This document shows positions 37,123 through 47,066 of a DNA stretch of 64,000 nt, piece after piece. The position numbers and the translations under genes were made by a program. The stretch comes from Bacillota bacterium (lineage in GTDB: Bacteria; Bacillota; Desulfitobacteriia; Desulfitobacteriales; JAJXUE01). Under the pieces are notes generated by a model. It was not told where the DNA came from. It did no database searches and was given only the letters and a program-made list of their open reading frames with translations. The stretch spans positions 111,055 to 175,054 of the forward strand of contig JAJXUE010000001.1 in NCBI GenBank assembly GCA_021783135.1, in the 5' to 3' direction. The stretch's first letter is position 1, and the number at the start of each line of letters is the position of its first letter.

Positions 37123-37839
37123 ATGCTGAGAATTTTGCGGAAAAGTCTTAAAACCGGCATAGTAACTGAAGCTTACCCATTAGATGGGAATACTCCTGCT
37201 CCTGGTTTTCGGGGCTTGCCTGTGTGGCAGCGCGAAAACTGTGTAAAGTGCGGGAAATGTGCAGCGCAGTGTCCGACGCGAGCTATAGTGTGGTCGGGTC
37301 GGACAGACACATGGGAAATAGATTCTAAAAGTTGTATCTTCTGTGGATACTGTGAGGACGTTTGCGCATATCAAGCATTTAGGCAGGGGTCTGACTATGC
37401 ATTAGCAATTACCAACACTCAAGTCAATAAGATTTTTGGCCGTTCAGTCAACATTCGCCATCTTGATGCCGGCTCTTGTAACGGTTGTGAGTGGGAGATG
37501 GCAAGCCTCAACGGACCGGTCTATGACATCCAACGCCTGGGTTTTGATTTCGTCGCTTCACCCCGGCATGCTGATCTGTTGATGGTTACTGGTCCGGTTA
37601 CGCGCAATTTGGAGATTGCCGTAAAGAAAACTTATGCGGCAACACCAGCGCCCAAGCTTGTTGTGGCAGTGGGTGCCTGCGCTTGTAGTGGGGGAATTTG
37701 CGGTAGAAGTTATACCAGTGCAGGCGGAGTAGACAACATCTTGCCAGTGGACACTTTTATTCCGGGCTGCCCGCCTAGGCCACAAGCCTTGATTGCAGGT
37801 TTGCTCCAGGCGGTAAGTCGGCTACAAAAACCTAGCTAA
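37123..37839 (+). CDS. Fused 2x[4Fe-4S] ferredoxin (HycF/HyfH-like) and NuoB-like hydrogenase small subunit (HycG/HyfI-like)
   Basis: N-terminal half: CVKCGKCAAQCP and CIFCGYCEDVCA. C-terminal half: GSCNGCEWE, VGACACSGG and GCPPRP. Confidence 0.85.
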   Translation: MLRILRKSLKTGIVTEAYPLDGNTPAPGFRGLPVWQRENCVKCGKCAAQCPTRAIVWSGRTDTWEIDSKSCIFCGYCEDVCAYQAFRQGSDYALAITNTQVNKIFGRSVNIRHLDAGSCNGCEWEMASLNGPVYDIQRLGFDFVASPRHADLLMVTGPVTRNLEIAVKKTYAATPAPKLVVAVGACACSGGICGRSYTSAGGVDNILPVDTFIPGCPPRPQALIAGLLQAVSRLQKPS

Positions 37840-37852
37840 TATACCAGTTTAA

Positions 37853-37879
37853 TACCTCGCAGTGCGAGGTATTTTTTTT
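37853..37879 (+). terminator. Intrinsic terminator after the hydrogenase operon
   Basis: Stem TACCTCGC / GCGAGGTA followed by TTTTTTTT. Confidence 0.8.
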
Positions 37880-37944
37880 ACATAAATCCCTTCCGCCAAA
37901 GCCAAACTAAATTAAGCTAAGATTTCCGTTAGGAGGAAGGGAAA

Positions 37945-38634
37945 GTGACCAAAAAAAAGCTAAGTATGGGACTTGTTTTGGCAGTAGCCATTGTCATGCT
38001 TTTGGGGATATCGCTTCAGGCTGCTTTAGGAGACCGGGAACTAAGGCGAGGTTCCCGAGGGACTGACGTTCAAGTCATGCAGACAAAGTTAAAACAACTT
38101 GGTTACTACATGCCAGGAAAGATTGACGGTATTTTCGGGCGTGAAACAGAAAGTGCGGTAAGGTCTTTTCAACAGGGACACGGATTAAAAATAGACGGTA
38201 TTGCGGGTACTCAGACAATTGGGCTGCTCAATAAGTTAACCGGCTACAATACCAATGCAGGTGGCCAAGCAGTGGGCAGTTCCAGCAGTGATTTAAATCT
38301 ATTGGCGCATGTTGTCAACGGAGAGGCCAGAGGTGAACCGTTTGAAGGGCAAGTAGCTGTGGCAGCAGTGGTGTTAAACAGGTTGAAAAATCCCAATTAT
38401 CCTAAAACCGTTGCCGGCATTGTTTATCAACCAGGAGCATTTTCGTCTGTTAATGATGGCCAAATTAATCTCACGCCGTCAGCAAGTAGTATCAAAGCGG
38501 CCCATGATGCCTTGGCAGGTTGGGATCCTAGTCATGGAGCATTGTATTTTTTTGCACCGTCTAAGACCAGCAACCGCTTCATTTGGTCCAGGCCGGAACT
38601 AGTACAGATTGGGAATCAAATTTTTACCAAGTAG
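37945..38634 (+). CDS. sleB: Spore cortex-lytic enzyme SleB (PG-binding domain plus Hydrolase_2 domain)
   Basis: Signal peptide. The PG_binding_1 domain includes DGIFGRETESAVRSFQ. The catalytic domain is NGEARGEPFEGQVAVAAVVLNR...GAFS. It is followed by ypeB. Confidence 0.88.
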   Translation: MTKKKLSMGLVLAVAIVMLLGISLQAALGDRELRRGSRGTDVQVMQTKLKQLGYYMPGKIDGIFGRETESAVRSFQQGHGLKIDGIAGTQTIGLLNKLTGYNTNAGGQAVGSSSSDLNLLAHVVNGEARGEPFEGQVAVAAVVLNRLKNPNYPKTVAGIVYQPGAFSSVNDGQINLTPSASSIKAAHDALAGWDPSHGALYFFAPSKTSNRFIWSRPELVQIGNQIFTK

Positions 38635-38649
38635 GCAGGGGGGGTAATT

Positions 38650-40026
38650 GTGCGCAAGCATACGGCTTTAATTACGGCCTTAACCATAGCCTTGGTTGTT
38701 TCCTTAGTATGGGGCTATAATCAATACAGTATTGTAAGTCAGTTAACAAATAATCAAGAAAACCAATTCCAACAGTCATACGCAGAATTAACGAATCATA
38801 TGGACAATGTGGAAAATTATTTGGCAAAAGCTGAAGGGAGTACTTCTAAAGGCAACAATTTAGTTAATTATACCGGAGCGTGGCAGGAAGCTAACGCGGC
38901 ATTGTCTAATGTCAGTACTTTACCGGTCAAGGGTCAAAGTACAACTTATATTGCCAATTATCTCAATCAAACTTCTAACTTTTCCTACGCAATGTCCCAA
39001 AAAATTGCCGCAGGTCAAAATATGAGTGCCAAAGATCAGTCAGATCTTGTAACGGCAAAAGAAACGGCCCGTAAAACTGCAATGGAATTACACAAATTGC
39101 AACACCAACATGATGATGAAAATTTGAGTTGGACGGGTACGGCAACATCATTTTGGGCTAAGGCGACGAGTTGGATCGGAGGTAAGGCTGAAGCAGAAAC
39201 CATGGACGTCGGCAGAGCAACTTCAGTTACCCAAGGCTTACAGGTGCTGGATTCTCAGTTGCAAAAACTGCCGCCATTCAGCTTTCAAGGGCCATATAGT
39301 ACAGTGGTTACGCAGCAACCTAAAGCCTTACCCACTAATGATGTTAGTCAAGCTACAGCGCTAGCTAATGCCAACAAGTTCGCACAGTCGATAGGGGCCA
39401 AATATACCTTGCAGTATGTTGGTACTGCCAAAGGCAACATCGCCACATATCGCTTTGGAGGTAAGGGAGATGTAAATCTGATAATAAGCGTGAGCAAGCG
39501 GGGCGGAGTTCCGGTGGAATTTAATGAAGAAAGAACTATTGGTCCATGCACCCTCACTGTTGGCAGGGCTAAAGTTAAGGCGGAAAATTACCTGCATAAC
39601 CTCGGTTATGGGAATATGGTTGTGACGTCGTCCGAGGACTTCGGTTCATACATGAATTTTGCTTATGTAGCAATTGAGGATGGCGTGAAAATATATCCTG
39701 ACAAAATTACGCTCAGGATAGCCATGGATAACGGACAGCTATTGGGTTATAATGCAGAGGCCTATCTTATGTTTCACCATGACAGAACCCTTGGCAAGAC
39801 AAAATTGACAGTCGCCCAAGCACGTAAGGCGCTCAAAGCAAATTTTAAGGTCAAGGACACCTCACTGGTATTACTGGCTAAGGATAATTATGCGGAAATA
39901 TTGTGCTATGAGTTCCGCGGCATGGTGAATGATGAGGAGTTTCTTAGCTATATCAACGTATCTTCCGGTGCGGAAGAACAAATCTATCGTGTAATAAAGA
40001 CTCCGGTGGGAGAATATCTTAGATAG
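38650..40026 (+). CDS. ypeB: Germination protein YpeB
   Basis: N-terminal anchor, about 450 aa, with C-terminal PepSY-like repeats. It forms the conserved sleB-ypeB pair. Confidence 0.8.
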   Translation: MRKHTALITALTIALVVSLVWGYNQYSIVSQLTNNQENQFQQSYAELTNHMDNVENYLAKAEGSTSKGNNLVNYTGAWQEANAALSNVSTLPVKGQSTTYIANYLNQTSNFSYAMSQKIAAGQNMSAKDQSDLVTAKETARKTAMELHKLQHQHDDENLSWTGTATSFWAKATSWIGGKAEAETMDVGRATSVTQGLQVLDSQLQKLPPFSFQGPYSTVVTQQPKALPTNDVSQATALANANKFAQSIGAKYTLQYVGTAKGNIATYRFGGKGDVNLIISVSKRGGVPVEFNEERTIGPCTLTVGRAKVKAENYLHNLGYGNMVVTSSEDFGSYMNFAYVAIEDGVKIYPDKITLRIAMDNGQLLGYNAEAYLMFHHDRTLGKTKLTVAQARKALKANFKVKDTSLVLLAKDNYAEILCYEFRGMVNDEEFLSYINVSSGAEEQIYRVIKTPVGEYLR

Positions 40027-40034
40027 CAGTATCT

Positions 40035-40067
40035 AGAGCCTGTCTTTGGATGGCAGGCTCTTTTTTT
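40035..40067 (+). terminator. Intrinsic terminator after ypeB
   Basis: Stem AGAGCCTGTC / GGCAGGCTCT followed by TTTTTT. Confidence 0.8.
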
Positions 40068-40129
40068 ACGCAGGGAAAAAGGAATTTTTTGTTCAGTGGA
40101 GAATCGATAATAAAAGGAGGGGATTAGCG

Positions 40130-40234
40130 ATGAAATCTTCTTCACCGGTCGGCACATGGGGCCCGGCAAGGGCTGTAAAGCTTTATTTGTTGCCTTGGCA
40201 ATTACCTGTTTTCCGCTTGCGGCATTACAGATAA
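40130..40234 (+). CDS. Candidate 34-aa leader peptide / small ORF upstream of ywiB-argS
   Basis: ATG lies 7 nt after AAGGAGGGG. Translation is MKSSSPVGTWGPARAVKLYLLPWQLPVFRLRHYR. Three of the last six codons are Arg. I recognised no homology. Confidence 0.3.
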   Translation: MKSSSPVGTWGPARAVKLYLLPWQLPVFRLRHYR

Positions 40235-40252
40235 CAAAGCCAAGGCTTTTTT
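40192..40252 (+). terminator. Composite hairpin plus U6 (terminator/attenuator candidate) overlapping the 3' end of the small ORF
   Basis: Outer stem is GCCTTGGC (40192-99) / GCCAAGGC (40239-46). Inner helix is TTACCTG / CAGATAA. It is followed by TTTTTT at 40247-52. Confidence 0.5.
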
Positions 40253-40316
40253 AACGAACAATGACAAATCGTCCCTGAGTTATGAGGTTTATCCCGGGAG
40301 AGGAAGGTGGAGGCGG

Positions 40317-40739
40317 ATGAAGAAGGATGTCTGGGTTCAAGTCAAAGGCACTCAAATGAACGAAATTGGTGAAACTGATACTATTGAGTTGATGACAGAG
40401 GGACAGTTATTTATTAGGTCTCAATCGTATTACATTGTCTACAATGAATCAGCCATTTCCGGTCTGGAAGGCACTACCACAACTTTAAAAATTGAACCGA
40501 CTCGGGTTACCTTAAATCGGATGGGCCAAGCAGAACTTAAACAGACCTTCGAAGAAGGCGTGATGAGTGAGGGCTGCTATGTAACACCATACGGGACAAT
40601 GATTATGGGCGTAATCCCGTCTAAGGTAGAGGTTGACTTGACAGACGTTGGGGGAAGTATTAACCTAGAGTATGAGCTTCAGGTCGGTCGCGAGAAGATA
40701 AGCGACAACATTCTCTCAATCACAGTCAAGGAGGGCTAA
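40317..40739 (+). CDS. ywiB: DUF1934 (YwiB-like) beta-barrel protein
   Basis: 140 aa, immediately upstream of argS as in Bacillus. Confidence 0.7.
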   Translation: MKKDVWVQVKGTQMNEIGETDTIELMTEGQLFIRSQSYYIVYNESAISGLEGTTTTLKIEPTRVTLNRMGQAELKQTFEEGVMSEGCYVTPYGTMIMGVIPSKVEVDLTDVGGSINLEYELQVGREKISDNILSITVKEG

Positions 40740-40745
40740 TCCCCT

Positions 40746-42440
40746 GTGAGCATCTACGAACAGCTAAAACAGAAAGTTGCCGTGAGTTTAGCGGAGGCAG
40801 CCAAATCTGCCCAGCAAGCCGGCGTAATAAATTTCGCTGAACTGCCTAATTTCAGCATAGAAGTGCCGCGGGAAAAAGTCCATGGCGATCTGGCGTCAAA
40901 CTTAGCCATGCTTCTGGCGCGACAGGCTAAGATGTCCCCGCGTGCCGTTGCCGAAAAGATAATCTCTCACTTCGATAAAACCGGGACCTGGGTCAATGAA
41001 ATTGAAATTGCCGGTCCTGGCTTTATTAATTTCCGTTTAGATACGGCATGGATGGTCCAAGTTGTACCCGAGATTCTTACGGAAGGTGAAACATACGGTT
41101 CGTGCGACTTGGGAATCGGCAAGAGAGTCCAAGTTGAATTTGTCAGTGCTAATCCTACCGGCGTACTGCACATGGGCAACGCCCGCGGTGCAGCCTTGGG
41201 CGATTCTTTAGCCAACTTATTAAGTTGGGCAGGGTACGAAGTCCAACGTGAGTTTTACATCAATGATGCAGGCAATCAAATTGAAAACTTCGCAAAGTCT
41301 CTGGAAGCCCGCTACTTACAGCAGTTAGGGAAAAATGTCCCCTTTCCGGAAGATGGGTATCATGGACAGGATTTAACGGATACAATTAGCAAGCTAATCG
41401 ATAAGGTGGGCGACAAATATTTAAATACTGCACCGGAATTAAGACGGGAGATGCTGGTAAGGTATGGTCTACAAGAGAAACTAACTAGCATTAGACAGGA
41501 TTTGTCCGATTTTGGCGTGGAGTATGATCTGTGGTTTAGTGAGCAGACTTTGCATGATCAAGGTAAAGTTCAGGGAGCCTTAGAAGAACTTAAGGATAAA
41601 GGTTATATTTTTGAAAAAGAAGGAGCGCTGTGGCTGCGCAGTACTGCGTTCGGGGATGAAAAAGACGAAGTAGTCGTGCGCAGCAATGGAACCCCTACTT
41701 ATTTTGCCGCCGATATTGCCTATCACAAAGACAAATTTGCCCGCGGTTTTGACAAGGTTATAAATATCTGGGGAGCTGACCATCACGGTCATGTAGCCAG
41801 GATGAAGGGGGCTATGCAGGCCTTAGGGTATGACCCGGATAACCTGCAAATTGTGCTCATGCAATTAGTCCGTCTGATCCAAAACGGTGAAATTGTTAAA
41901 ATGTCTAAACGCTCGGGACAGTCTATTACTTTGCGTGAGTTAATTGAAGAAGTTGGGGTGGAGGCAGCCCGATTTTTCTTCGTAATGCGTGATCCTGACA
42001 GTACAGTGGAATTCGATTTGGATTTAGCTAAGACTGAATCTGCGGAAAACCCTGTTTACTATGTGCAGTATGCTCATGCCAGGTTATGCAGTATTTTGCG
42101 TAAGGCTTCGGAGGATGAACAAACTGCGGCCTGCGAGGCACTGCGTAATAACGTAGATTATAAGTTATTGTTGAACTCGGCCAGTGAACGTGATTTATTG
42201 CTGAAGCTAGGTGAATTTCCTGCAGAGCTTAGAATTGCGGCCCAATTACTTGAACCGTACAGGATTGCCAGGTTTGCTATAGATTTGGCGTCCTTATTCC
42301 ATTCGTTTTATAATGATCAGAGAGTATTGGCGGAGGAATTACCTTTGCGGGCGGCCAGGCTTAACCTAATTGAAGCCATCAAAGTCACGTTGCATAATAT
42401 TTTAAAAATTGTTGGGGTCTCAGCACCAGAACGTATGTAA
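40746..42440 (+). CDS. argS: Arginyl-tRNA synthetase
   Basis: Class I motifs SANPTGVLHMGNARG (HIGH-type) and KMSKRSG. The C-terminal anticodon-binding domain ends in ...ERM. Confidence 0.95.
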   Translation: MSIYEQLKQKVAVSLAEAAKSAQQAGVINFAELPNFSIEVPREKVHGDLASNLAMLLARQAKMSPRAVAEKIISHFDKTGTWVNEIEIAGPGFINFRLDTAWMVQVVPEILTEGETYGSCDLGIGKRVQVEFVSANPTGVLHMGNARGAALGDSLANLLSWAGYEVQREFYINDAGNQIENFAKSLEARYLQQLGKNVPFPEDGYHGQDLTDTISKLIDKVGDKYLNTAPELRREMLVRYGLQEKLTSIRQDLSDFGVEYDLWFSEQTLHDQGKVQGALEELKDKGYIFEKEGALWLRSTAFGDEKDEVVVRSNGTPTYFAADIAYHKDKFARGFDKVINIWGADHHGHVARMKGAMQALGYDPDNLQIVLMQLVRLIQNGEIVKMSKRSGQSITLRELIEEVGVEAARFFFVMRDPDSTVEFDLDLAKTESAENPVYYVQYAHARLCSILRKASEDEQTAACEALRNNVDYKLLLNSASERDLLLKLGEFPAELRIAAQLLEPYRIARFAIDLASLFHSFYNDQRVLAEELPLRAARLNLIEAIKVTLHNILKIVGVSAPERM

Positions 42441-42455
42441 ATAAAAATAAGCTGC

Positions 42456-42488
42456 AAAGCCGTCGCAATAATATCTGCGGCGGTTTTT
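42456..42488 (+). terminator. Intrinsic terminator after argS
   Basis: Stem AAAGCCGTCGCA / TGCGGCGGTTTT followed by a T-run. Confidence 0.7.
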
Positions 42489-42601
42489 ACGTTTTGTAGC
42501 AGTATGTGGAAAAAGTATTTCCAAAAGGGGAAAATATTTCTAATAAACAGCAGGAAAATAAAGCGGGTCAGTCGAATATATTTTGACAAAACTGGGGTAG
42601 T

Positions 42602-43015
42602 GTGAAGGGGAGTGAGAGCTTGTCCCAAAATACCATATTCCCCTTGGATAAAAAAATGTCTGAGGTGGACTTAGCGTACAATATTCTTAAGAGCAAGAAT
42701 GAGCCTATGTATTACCGTACATTGATCGACGAGGTATTTGTCATAAAACCTCCTCCGGGCGATCCTGTGTTAGCAATCGCAGGGGTACATACCCAAATCA
42801 ATCTTGATACGCGATCTATTTATCTGGGCCAGGGCCAATGGGGGTTAAAATGCTGGGTACCGGCTAAACCTCACAAGAAGATCCCTAGTATTACTTTGCT
42901 GAATCGAAGTGTTGTCTATGACGATCAAGACAAGGAGCATGATGACGCGGAGAAGGACACGAATTATTTTGTGGATGAGGAAGAACATGACAGCCAGGAT
43001 AATTGGGAAGAATAG
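42602..43015 (+). CDS. rpoE: RNA polymerase delta subunit
   Basis: N-terminal HARE-HTH-like domain (EVDLAYNILKSKNEPMYYRTLIDEV...WGLKCW) and an acidic C-terminal tail. The start is uncertain (GTG 42602 or ATG 42656). Confidence 0.8.
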   Translation: MKGSESLSQNTIFPLDKKMSEVDLAYNILKSKNEPMYYRTLIDEVFVIKPPPGDPVLAIAGVHTQINLDTRSIYLGQGQWGLKCWVPAKPHKKIPSITLLNRSVVYDDQDKEHDDAEKDTNYFVDEEEHDSQDNWEE

Positions 43016-43020
43016 CCCAC

Positions 43021-43050
43021 TTGACAGTATTAAGTGCAGGGTATTAAAAT
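43021..43050 (+). promoter_or_regulatory. Sigma-A-like promoter of pyrG
   Basis: TTGACA, 18 nt spacer, TAAAAT. Confidence 0.6.
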
Positions 43051-43073
43051 ATTATTGGTTCTAAAATAATTGT

Positions 43074-43098
43074 AGCTAGTGAACAACTAGCTTTTTTT
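43074..43098 (+). terminator. Leader terminator (attenuator candidate) in the pyrG 5' UTR
   Basis: Stem AGCTAGT, loop gaaca, stem ACTAGCT, followed by TTTTTT. It lies 70 nt upstream of the pyrG ATG. Confidence 0.55.
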
Positions 43099-43156
43099 AT
43101 GTTTCCATAACCACTTTAGGATAAATTGTAGACACTATGAAAGTTAATGACTTTAG

Positions 43157-44767
<1,611 letters not shown>

Positions 44768-44813
44768 AACAAAACTAATCATTTGGTATTTTTAAGTAAT
44801 TTTGGAAAATAAG

Positions 44814-44840
44814 GCAGGAATTTAAAACTTTGTCCCGAAT
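44814..44840 (+). promoter_or_regulatory. Sigma-H-like promoter candidate upstream of spo0F
   Basis: GCAGGAATT (RNAGGAWWW), 11 nt spacer, CCCGAAT (NNNGAAT). A 0A-box-like TGTCGTA lies at 44849-55. Confidence 0.4.
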
Positions 44841-44890
44841 ACAATAACTGTCGTAGGGATTGGTGACCTTTTTTGTGAGGAGGGGACAAG

Positions 44891-45256
44891 TTGGTAGAGA
44901 AAATTCTTGTGGTCGATGATCAGATGGGTGTACGGCGTCTCCTGTATGAAGCCTTCAAAGAAGAAGGGTATGAGGTGGAGATGGCGGCAAGTGGTCTTGA
45001 AGCGATTGAAACAGTGAAAAAATCCATACCGTCGATAATTTTGATGGATATGAAAATGCCGGGCATGAACGGATTAGAGGCTTTAAAAGAGATAAAGAAG
45101 TTAGATCAAGAAATTGCTGTGATTATGATGACCGCTTATGGTGAATTAGAAATTGTCGCTCAGGCGATGAAACTAGGTGTAAAAGAATATATCACCAAGC
45201 CCTTCGACCTTAATGAGCTTAAACAGTTAGTTAAACGTATTCTCGCAGTAATATAG
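44891..45256 (+). CDS. spo0F: Single-domain response regulator, Spo0F-like sporulation phosphorelay component
   Basis: EKILVVDDQMGVRRLL...LMDMKMPGMNGLE...MTAYGEL...KPFDLNEL closely parallels B. subtilis Spo0F. The pyrG-spo0F-fba synteny is conserved. Confidence 0.75.
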   Translation: MVEKILVVDDQMGVRRLLYEAFKEEGYEVEMAASGLEAIETVKKSIPSIILMDMKMPGMNGLEALKEIKKLDQEIAVIMMTAYGELEIVAQAMKLGVKEYITKPFDLNELKQLVKRILAVI

Positions 45257-45269
45257 ATTAAGTATAGTT

Positions 45270-45300
45270 AAGCCGTTTTGTTAAACAAAACGGCTTTTTG
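45270..45300 (+). terminator. Intrinsic terminator after spo0F
   Basis: Stem AAGCCGTTTTG / CAAAACGGCTT followed by TTT. Confidence 0.8.
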
Positions 45301-45435
45301 CTTTGTAGCTCGCGTGTTTTGGGGAGGAATCAGCACGGAGTTGGCGAAATATATATTTTTACTCAAGAATCACTGTAAGGTGTATGGGAAAGCTAGACAT
45401 TAGAGAAACGGAAAGAATTTAGGAGGTAATAGTCG

Positions 45436-46290
45436 ATGCCATTAGTAACAGTTGCACAGTTACTTGCGAAAGCGGAAGCCGGCGGGTATGCGGTCGGTGC
45501 GTTTAACTGTAATAACATGGAGATAGTTCAAGCCATTGTGGCTGCTGCAGAGGCCGAAAATGCGCCGGTGATAATTCAAGCTAGCCAAGGAGCAATTAAA
45601 TATGCCGGTTTGGATGTAATTGTTGCCTTAGTGCGGACCGCCGCAGCCAATTCACCTGTGCCTATTGCCTTACACCTGGATCATGGCACCAGTTTTGAAC
45701 AGTGCATCCAATGCATAACAGCGGGCTTTACTTCTGTTATGATTGACGGATCTAAATATCCTTTGGCAGAGAATATTGCCCTGACTAAGCAAGTTTTGGC
45801 AGCCGGTAGAGCCGTGGGAGCATCGGTCGAAGCCGAATTAGGTAAAATCGGCGGTACGGAAGATGATATCACTGTCAACGCCAAAGATGCCTTTTTTACG
45901 CATCCGCAAGAGGCAAAAGAGTTTGTGGAAGCTACCGGTGTTGGCTCGCTGGCTGTTGCTATTGGAACAGCACATGGTCAATATAAAGGAGTGCCTCAGC
46001 TAGATTTTGCGCGACTGGCCGAAATTAAGGCGCTGGTCAATATTCCAATTGTTTTGCATGGTTCATCCGGAGTCCCGGACGACCAAATTAAGGAGGCAAT
46101 TCGTTTAGGTGTACGCAAGGTTAACATTGATACGAACATTAGGGAGGCCTTCGTAGCAGCAGCACGGCAAGCGATTATGGCGAACCCGAATGAGATCGAC
46201 CCGCGTAAGGTGTTGGGACCGGCCCGTGAGGCAACGAAAGAGATTATTCGCGACAAGATTCGAGTATTTGGCAGTTCAGGACAGGCGTAA
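45436..46290 (+). CDS. fba: Class II fructose-1,6-bisphosphate aldolase
   Basis: The LHLDHG, VEAELG and HGSSG motifs of class II FBA. Confidence 0.93.
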   Translation: MPLVTVAQLLAKAEAGGYAVGAFNCNNMEIVQAIVAAAEAENAPVIIQASQGAIKYAGLDVIVALVRTAAANSPVPIALHLDHGTSFEQCIQCITAGFTSVMIDGSKYPLAENIALTKQVLAAGRAVGASVEAELGKIGGTEDDITVNAKDAFFTHPQEAKEFVEATGVGSLAVAIGTAHGQYKGVPQLDFARLAEIKALVNIPIVLHGSSGVPDDQIKEAIRLGVRKVNIDTNIREAFVAAARQAIMANPNEIDPRKVLGPAREATKEIIRDKIRVFGSSGQA

Positions 46291-46335
46291 GTTGCGAAAA
46301 CATCATTGTAAGCATTATTGAAAGGAGCCTATACT

Positions 46336-46986
46336 ATGCGACTGTTTATTGATACCGCAAACATAGAAGAAATTCGTAAAGCGAACGATTTAGGTATCGT
46401 TAGTGGGGTTACCACTAATCCTTCCTTGATAGCTAAAGAGGGCAGGGATTTTCGCCAGACTATCCAAGAGATTTGTACAATTGTTGACGGACCTATATCT
46501 GCCGAGGTAATAAGTATGCAGGCCGATGAAATGGTGGAGGAAGCTAAACCTTTAGCAGCAATTCACCCGAATATTGTGATTAAGATACCTATGCTGCCCG
46601 AAGGCTTAAAAGCAGTAAAGATACTTAGCAGTATGGGCATAAAAACTAACGTCACCCTAGTATTTTCAGCGGCGCAAGCACTGCTGGCAGCGCGAGCGGG
46701 GGCTACGTTTGTCAGTCCTTTTGTCGGCCGCTTGGATGATGTGGGCCAGGATGGGTTAGGTCTTATTGAGGAAATAGTCGCTATCTTTACTGCGCATAAT
46801 TTAGCCACTCAAATAATCGCAGCCAGTATCAGGCATCCGATCCATGTAATTGAAGCAGCGAAATTAGGGTGCGATATTGCTACTGTTCCTTACAAAGTTA
46901 TGCTGCAGATGATAGCACATCCCTTAACCACTGCAGGGGTGGAAAAGTTTCTTGCTGATTGGCAAACCGTACCGCAACCAAAATAA
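46336..46986 (+). CDS. tal: Transaldolase type 3B / fructose-6-phosphate aldolase family
   Basis: [16 protein letters not shown]-terminus and a VIKIP Schiff-base lysine context. ATG 46336 lies 9 nt after AAAGGAG. Confidence 0.9.
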   Translation: MRLFIDTANIEEIRKANDLGIVSGVTTNPSLIAKEGRDFRQTIQEICTIVDGPISAEVISMQADEMVEEAKPLAAIHPNIVIKIPMLPEGLKAVKILSSMGIKTNVTLVFSAAQALLAARAGATFVSPFVGRLDDVGQDGLGLIEEIVAIFTAHNLATQIIAASIRHPIHVIEAAKLGCDIATVPYKVMLQMIAHPLTTAGVEKFLADWQTVPQPK

Positions 46987-47066
46987 TTTGTTTGAAAACT
47001 AATAAAGAGTATGGCACAATTAAGCAAAGAGACACAATAATGCGTGATCAGGGGAGGGAATCTGTT

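Noticed and set aside
40068-40316. T-box leader upstream of ywiB-argS (and likewise upstream of serA at 21160-21354).
   Set aside because: I could not find the conserved T-box sequence (AGGGUGGnACCGCG-like), nor a specifier-loop/antiterminator architecture, in either region.
46959-47066. N-terminal extension of glpX overlapping tal.
   Set aside because: GlpX homologues start at MER(S/E)L. TTG 47067 has a strong SD, and the upstream residues are not conserved-looking.
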